Shown: piece by piece, positions 58,183 through 64,000 of the stretch | Position numbering within the stretch: the stretch's first letter is position 1 | Layout: each line of letters opens with the position of its first letter | From: Massalongia carnosa | Taxonomy: Eukaryota | Direction: 5' to 3' | Length of the DNA stretch: 64,000 nt | Assembly (NCBI GenBank): GCA_965645245.1 | Contig: OZ287070.1 | Location: forward strand, 744,001-808,000 | The notes under the pieces: generated by a model | What the model saw: the letters and a program-made list of their open reading frames with translations, nothing else | The model's database searches: none | What the model was told of the DNA's origin: nothing | Program-made: the position numbers and the translations under genes

Positions 58183-61148
58183 TCAAGAATGGCCCTGCAG
58201 GTTCACATCCACGTCACCACCTGGGGCGACCATTCCATCTACTGTGCGGGATTCTCCGCCACCTTGATTACCACCGTTACGTTCATCCTCGCTCTGACTA
58301 GCGCTTTCGTCCCCTTGCAATTCATTCCGCAATTGCTCGGCGCGATCTGAAAGGACCTTCGCCTCTTGCGCGGCCCTCTGCGCTCGTATTTGCTTGCGCC
58401 ACATGCTTGCATACCGCCCTTTCCGCGCTAGAAGCTCCTCGTGTGTTCCACTCTCGGCAACCTGACCGGCATGCAGCACTAATATTTGGTCGGCAGTGAT
58501 GATTGTAGACAAGCGGTGAGCAATGACGAGCGTAGTGCGTCCTTGGGATAGCTTATCCAAGGCTGTTTGGATATGTTGTTCGGTGTCGCTGTCTAGAGCT
58601 GCAGTAGCTTCATCCAGCAGGATGATGCGTGGATCTTTTATGATGGCTCGTGCAATTGCCACACGCTGTTTTTCACCCCCGGACAGCTTAAGCCCTCGTT
58701 CGCCCACACGGGCCTCATAGCTGTCTGGAAAATCTTGGATCTTTTCATGGATGCTTGCGGCCCTGCAGGCATCGAAAACATCTTCGTCAGTTGCCGATGG
58801 GTTGGCGTATTTAAGATTATACATAAGGGTTTCGTTGAATAAGACTGTGTCCTGCGGCACAACGCCAATATGATGGCGCAGCGAATCAATCTTAAGACTC
58901 TTAACATCATGCCCGTCGATTTGGATGCTTCCTTCGCCGAGATTGTAAAATCGGAATAGCAAGCGGAATACGGTTGATTTGCCACCGCCGGACTCCCCGA
59001 CCAAAGCCGTTGTAGTACCAGGAGCGCATCGGAAACTCAACCCATCCAAAGCAGGTTTTCGTGGATCATAGGCAAATTTAACATCGTTAAAACGTATTTC
59101 GCCCTCGCAAGACGGTAGATCCTGTGCATCTGGTTCGTCAACAACACTCGGGCGCTCCTTGAAAAGTTCTAGCATACGTTCGGAATTAATCATTGCAGAC
59201 TGGATGGATCGATAGAACGTGCCAAAAAAGTTCAGCGGGCCTTGAAGCTGTGCCATGTATGTGAGAAGTCCAACAAACTTTCCCACCTTTCGCTGGCCCG
59301 TTGTGACTTGATAGGCAGCGATGAAGCAGGTAATCAAAAGGCCAAGGGTGAAAACGAGGTTTTGCGAGACATTCATGATATTCAGCGAAATTAAGACTTT
59401 ATATTCGGCACGCTGGTAATCTCTGACAGCTCCACGATATCGATTAAACTCATATTGCTCCGCATTGAAGTATTTGACGGTTTCATAAGATACCATGGAA
59501 TCATTTCTACACGACAATGTCAGGGAAATAATGCAGAGTAGGGAGTTGTATAATTGCTTACTTTACAGCGTATTCTTGACGGCTGGAGTTAACCATCTCG
59601 CGTCGAATTTCTGCACGCCATTGGGCCAAGCGGATGGTAAGGTAGAGATATGCAAATGTTACGATGGCAACGACAAGCGCGTAATAGGCATCGAAAGCAA
59701 TCAGGAAGTAGCCAATAGCAACGGCCAAGTCGATGAGCATAGGAAACACTTGGAACGTCACCTGCTCAAGAAACGTATTTATCGAGTTCCCTTTGCTCAA
59801 GGCCGAGAGAACTTCTCCAGTCTTCTTTTCTAGGTGAAAATCAAGGCTTAGTCCATGTACATGCTCGAACGAAGCCGTCGAGAGTTCTTGATAGGAGTAT
59901 TGGCTTATAGGGACCCAAAGCGTCCCTCTCACAGCGCCCAAAAGGCCATTGCTGCCTTGCAGAAGTCGGAAAAGAATGTAGAGACAAATTTGACCCCACG
60001 GAACCTCCAAATTGCCCCCACGCTCTCCAGAAAGTATGTCGGTAATGACGCTGACTTGATAGGGAACCAGCACATTGACAACCCGGGCCATCATAACAAG
60101 TAGGAAACAAATTACAACTGTAATTTGTAACCGGAGCGACCTCGCAGGCCAAAGATAAGGAAAGAAAAGGGAGTATCCTCGGAGGTATTCCCACCAACTT
60201 TTGGACGGAACCTTATCTGGCCGAACCCATCCAGAGGTCTCTTCTTTCTGTAAAGTGCTCCCATAATCTTGGCCATTGACAGTACCGTTGCCCACCGGGT
60301 GGCCATTTAAAAGCCTAATTCTTTCGGGCGGGGTTCCGTTTTCTCCCCGATCGGCTTGCCGAAGCTTCGCAATACGAAGACCGAGAAACAACGCATAGAA
60401 AAGGACCAACGCAAGTAGAAAAATGATGCGCAGCACATCAAGGACAACCTCAATGACTTCCCATTCAGTCATACCCGTCCTCATCCGGCCACCGTCAGGG
60501 TCGCCTGCCTTGGGTTCTCGGTGCTCGTAGGCGTAGATAGCAAATGATGCGCCAAGTAGCAGGATTTCCAAACCGAGAGCCACCACCCAGGTTGAGAAGT
60601 GCGCCCACGTTGGAGAGGGCTTAGTATCCAGTAGGGAAATAAGGAAGAGAGTGTACACGAAAAAGGAGGATACTACATAAATCTAGGTTCTTGAAGTTAG
60701 CCAGATCATGCTGCGTAAGGACCTTGGAAGATTGGTGGTGCTATACTGCCACAGATTCACCGCACCACCAGTGATCCACTCGATCCAGAACGGCATGTAG
60801 GATTACGACGATGGAATTCCCCACAAAGGTCAGAATCGTCCCAACCGAGAGCCAGGTGAAAAGTAGTTTCCGAGCCGGGCTAAAATCCAGGGTTTGCTCC
60901 TCTCGTCGTGCTTTGGCGGATGCTGAGGATTTTTGGGGTAACGGTTTGCCACCTGGGCCGGTTTGGTCTGGTGGGGCAGGGACCACGGCATCTTTGGAGG
61001 CGGTAGCAATACTATGGGCGGTAAATGCCACCAGAAAGACTACAAGGAGAACGATAGGAGAAGCGAAGTGAATGTATACAAGAATGCTTTGAGCAGTACG
61101 CCGCGACGCCCAAGGGGTGATCGGCCCCGTAAAGAGTGAGAAAGCCAT
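58183..61148 (-). CDS. HMT1: HMT1/ABCB6-like heavy-metal-tolerance ABC half-transporter, 3 exons
   Basis: N-terminal membrane extension, LFFPYLWP, FEHVHGLSLDFHLEKKTGEVLSAL, NDSMVSYETVKYFNAE, Walker A GESGGGKST, signature LSGGEKQRVAIARA and Walker B ILLDEAT. Introns near 60683-60746 and 59508-59560. Confidence 0.9.
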
Positions 61149-61667
61149 AAAGAGCAGTGATGATACCTCGATAACGACGGACAAGAATCACCCGAACGCC
61201 CATTCAACGACTGTTACTTGCACCAGCAGTATTGCTTCACGCCGATATCATATGCAGGTCGATTTTTTTTTTCCAGAATGATGGCAGGTATCAAACTGTC
61301 CTATGGGAGGGGGGATGGGAGGCCGAGTGAGTATATGAGGGATATGGTTTGTTGGGGCGGGCAAGGTCAAGGTCACGCTCCACACATATTAGCTAGTTAT
61401 TTGGTGGCGGATAGTTAGATAGATAGCGAGGCTTCTGAGGGGAGTGTCGCTTGAGCGGTTTCTAAGGGAATTCATTTTTGGTGAAGTCTAATATGTATGT
61501 CGGTATTTGAAGGAAAGGCGGCTAAAATGGCATACGAACAAGCAGAAGGTAGCAAAGCAGTAAGGACGACAATACGAATAACTAATGACAAAAGCGATAA
61601 TAGTAATACCGGCCTACCATTCTCCCAATTGCCCTGGTTTTACTCATTTTCTTTTAGTTTGAGTACA

Positions 61668-61727
61668 GGTACTTGTGGGTACTTGTGGGTACTCGCAGGT
61701 ACTTGTAGGTACTGGCAGGTACTTGCT
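61668..61727. repeat. Six degenerate copies of a 10-bp unit (GGTACTTGYR) in the HMT1/RTC1 divergent intergenic region
   Basis: ggtacttgtg ggtacttgtg ggtactcgca ggtacttgta ggtactggca ggtacttgct. Confidence 0.8.
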
Positions 61728-62892
61728 CGGATACCGCAACGTGAAAGGTTCGGTATGTACTCGTACTCCCGTACTTCGACCTGAATAAGTTACGGGGAAA
61801 GACTAGAGGAGACTTTGGCCGAATTAGAGAGATTAAGGGCGCAAAGAGGCGAGTTAAGTTCGATATAGCTAGACATCCCGTTCTTTAAACTTCATCAGGT
61901 CACAAGCGGTGTGCAGATGGCTTCTCGACGTGCTTTAGACATGGCTTAGGCTGCCTCTCCACACCACGCGACAACAAGTACGGTTCGAGTACAGAGTACA
62001 AGAGGAGAAAGGTCGGCGGTCGGTAAGGAGGAGAGATGGTTCAGTGGGTTACGTGCACAGAGTACTCCGTAACGGGGTCAAGAGTCTGGAATACCCTTTT
62101 GCACCGGTTGACACAACATCGATCCATCACCATCTCTCTCTCTCCTTTATTCCTCTTTCGTGTAGTCTTGTAGGGATATGAGGAGAGAAACGAATAGATG
62201 GGGATGGAATCGACAGACATGTGGAGGATCGCAAGGGAGCAGGAGTAGTGAAATGCCCTCCACATTCAGACACGAGAACTGGAGACAGAATATGTACAGA
62301 GTATGTATATGTACTCTGTACGGAGTATCCCTTTACGATGACACAGCGGTATCGTGTCTGGTTCCGCCAATCAAGGTACGTACACAGGTATGCTATGTAC
62401 AGAGTACTCAGTCGTGTCTGTACCGCATTGCAGAGTACAGAGTACAGAGTACAGACCCACTGCCTTTGCAGGCCAAGACCTGTCCTGTTGTAGAAACGTG
62501 GATGATTTGGAAAGGATTCACATCGAACGGGCAGGCCGGGATGGTCCTATTATCATCTTTACATTTGTAACTGGGTATGCCCTACGGAGTGGAAAGAGAA
62601 TGATTGATTTCTGGGGTCTGCAAGCACAGCTCACCAGTGCATCGGCCTACACCTTGATCTTCCCCTCCTACAGTTTTCATGAATACTCCAAACTCTATCC
62701 TTCAAGCCTGCATCCTCACCAGAATCCACGCAGATTGTGCAGGAAGGTGCACAAGCGTGCCCAAACGTGCAGTAATGCCGGTGCCGGTATCCAACGTTCG
62801 TCGACGGATCGCACCTCTGATGGGGCCGCCCTAGCTAGCGGGAGAGGCACCATACCACCTCTCCACGCCCATATTTTGGGTAAACTGCTTAA

Positions 62893-64000
62893 ATGTCGTT
62901 CAATATCGACGATGCCAGAGACCCAAGCTTAGTGCCAAGATCCGCACTAGCTGAGGGTCCAGCCTCAGTCTCAGCTCCTCCCCCTCCTCCACCTCCACCA
63001 GCTCCTCCTTTGCCTCCCCAACAGTATGGTTCTCGTGCAGCAAATGCCCTCTACCGTCTGGCGCAACCCTTGATATACGGCTCTCGACCACCTAGTGCCA
63101 ATGGGGAGCGCCCAACTCACCCCAACACCGCGGGGTTGATACCCAGTGTTCAGAAGAACCACAGGTAGGTGCGGTATTGATAACCTTTGAATCCGGCCTC
63201 AGCGCTCAAACTTGCTAATCATTCAACTGACCGCAATGGCAGCCAATTGTCGTCAAGAAGTACAACCCACAAGACTGGCATCCCAATCGCCGCCCTTGAT
63301 ATCTCTCCCTATCGAACGCATGCTATCTTAGCGGGAAGAGATATTTTAAAGACGATTCAGGTGGCAGATTCTGCCTCCGAGGACTTCAATCTCCGTTCTG
63401 CCATCATAGCATATGCGTCGACTCACAATTATGCTGGAGGTGCAATATCAGCAACCCACAAGGACCAACTAGCGGCAAACGATGTCAAATGGTCGCATGG
63501 AAAGTTTGACACCACTGTGGCGACGGCGGCCGCAAACGGTCAAATTGTGATCTATGATATAAACCGGCCAGGAGTGGAATATGGCCGGCTGCATGAGCAT
63601 GTACGTCAAGTACATAGGATTGCGTTTAATCCGCACCAGGGAGCCTTGTTGCTGTCAGGAAGTCAAGATGCTACGGTGCGACTTTGGGATCTGAGAAGTT
63701 TGGCAGGCGACAGAAGTGTTATGACGTGCCATAGCACACATCAATACCCAGGCAACAACGAAGGGATCCGGGATCTGAGGTGGTCTCCTACGAACGGGGT
63801 GGAGTTTGCTGCCGGAACAGACAATGGGGTGGTTCAGCGCTGGGATTTTCGAAAGGAAAAGGTTCCAATCGTCAAGGTGAACGCTCATGAGAAAACCTGT
63901 CATTCTATTGATTGGCATCCGGATGGTAAACACCTTGTCAGTGGGGGAGCCGACAAATGCATAAATGTATGGGATTTCTCTTCTGCAGATCGCAGAAAGA
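62893..64000 (+). CDS. RTC1: WD40 protein RTC1/SEA2 (WDR24-like, SEACAT/GATOR2); 5' part only, runs off the window
   Basis: Pro-rich exon 1, intron near 63165-63242, then [75 protein letters not shown] and IRDLRWSP. Confidence 0.85.

Overview
Eukaryotic DNA from a filamentous ascomycete (Pezizomycotina), judged from short GT-AG introns with CTRAC/CTAAT branch sites and fungal gene families; I cannot identify the taxon. Host genes: RPA43, a membrane J-domain protein, TOM6, a Zn2Cys6 transcription factor, NUP85, a TinA/ADIP-like coiled-coil protein, a small Cys/His protein, a hypothetical protein, proline dehydrogenase, an HMT1-like ABC half-transporter and the 5' part of RTC1/SEA2. About 29-52 kb is an accessory zone with pseudogenes and a transposon cluster. 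That cluster holds a Mutator element inserted into the TIR of a pogo-like element, a defective Copia with near-identical LTRs and a 51-bp tandem array, and an open-frame Fot1/pogo element. The most striking feature is a tRNA-Lys(UUU) gene (34789-34934) with the usual anticodon-loop intron plus a 61-nt D-loop insertion that carries spliceosomal-intron signals (GTGAGT ... GCTGAC ... AAG). Gene identities come from motif recognition by eye, with no database searches, and intron boundaries are predictions.
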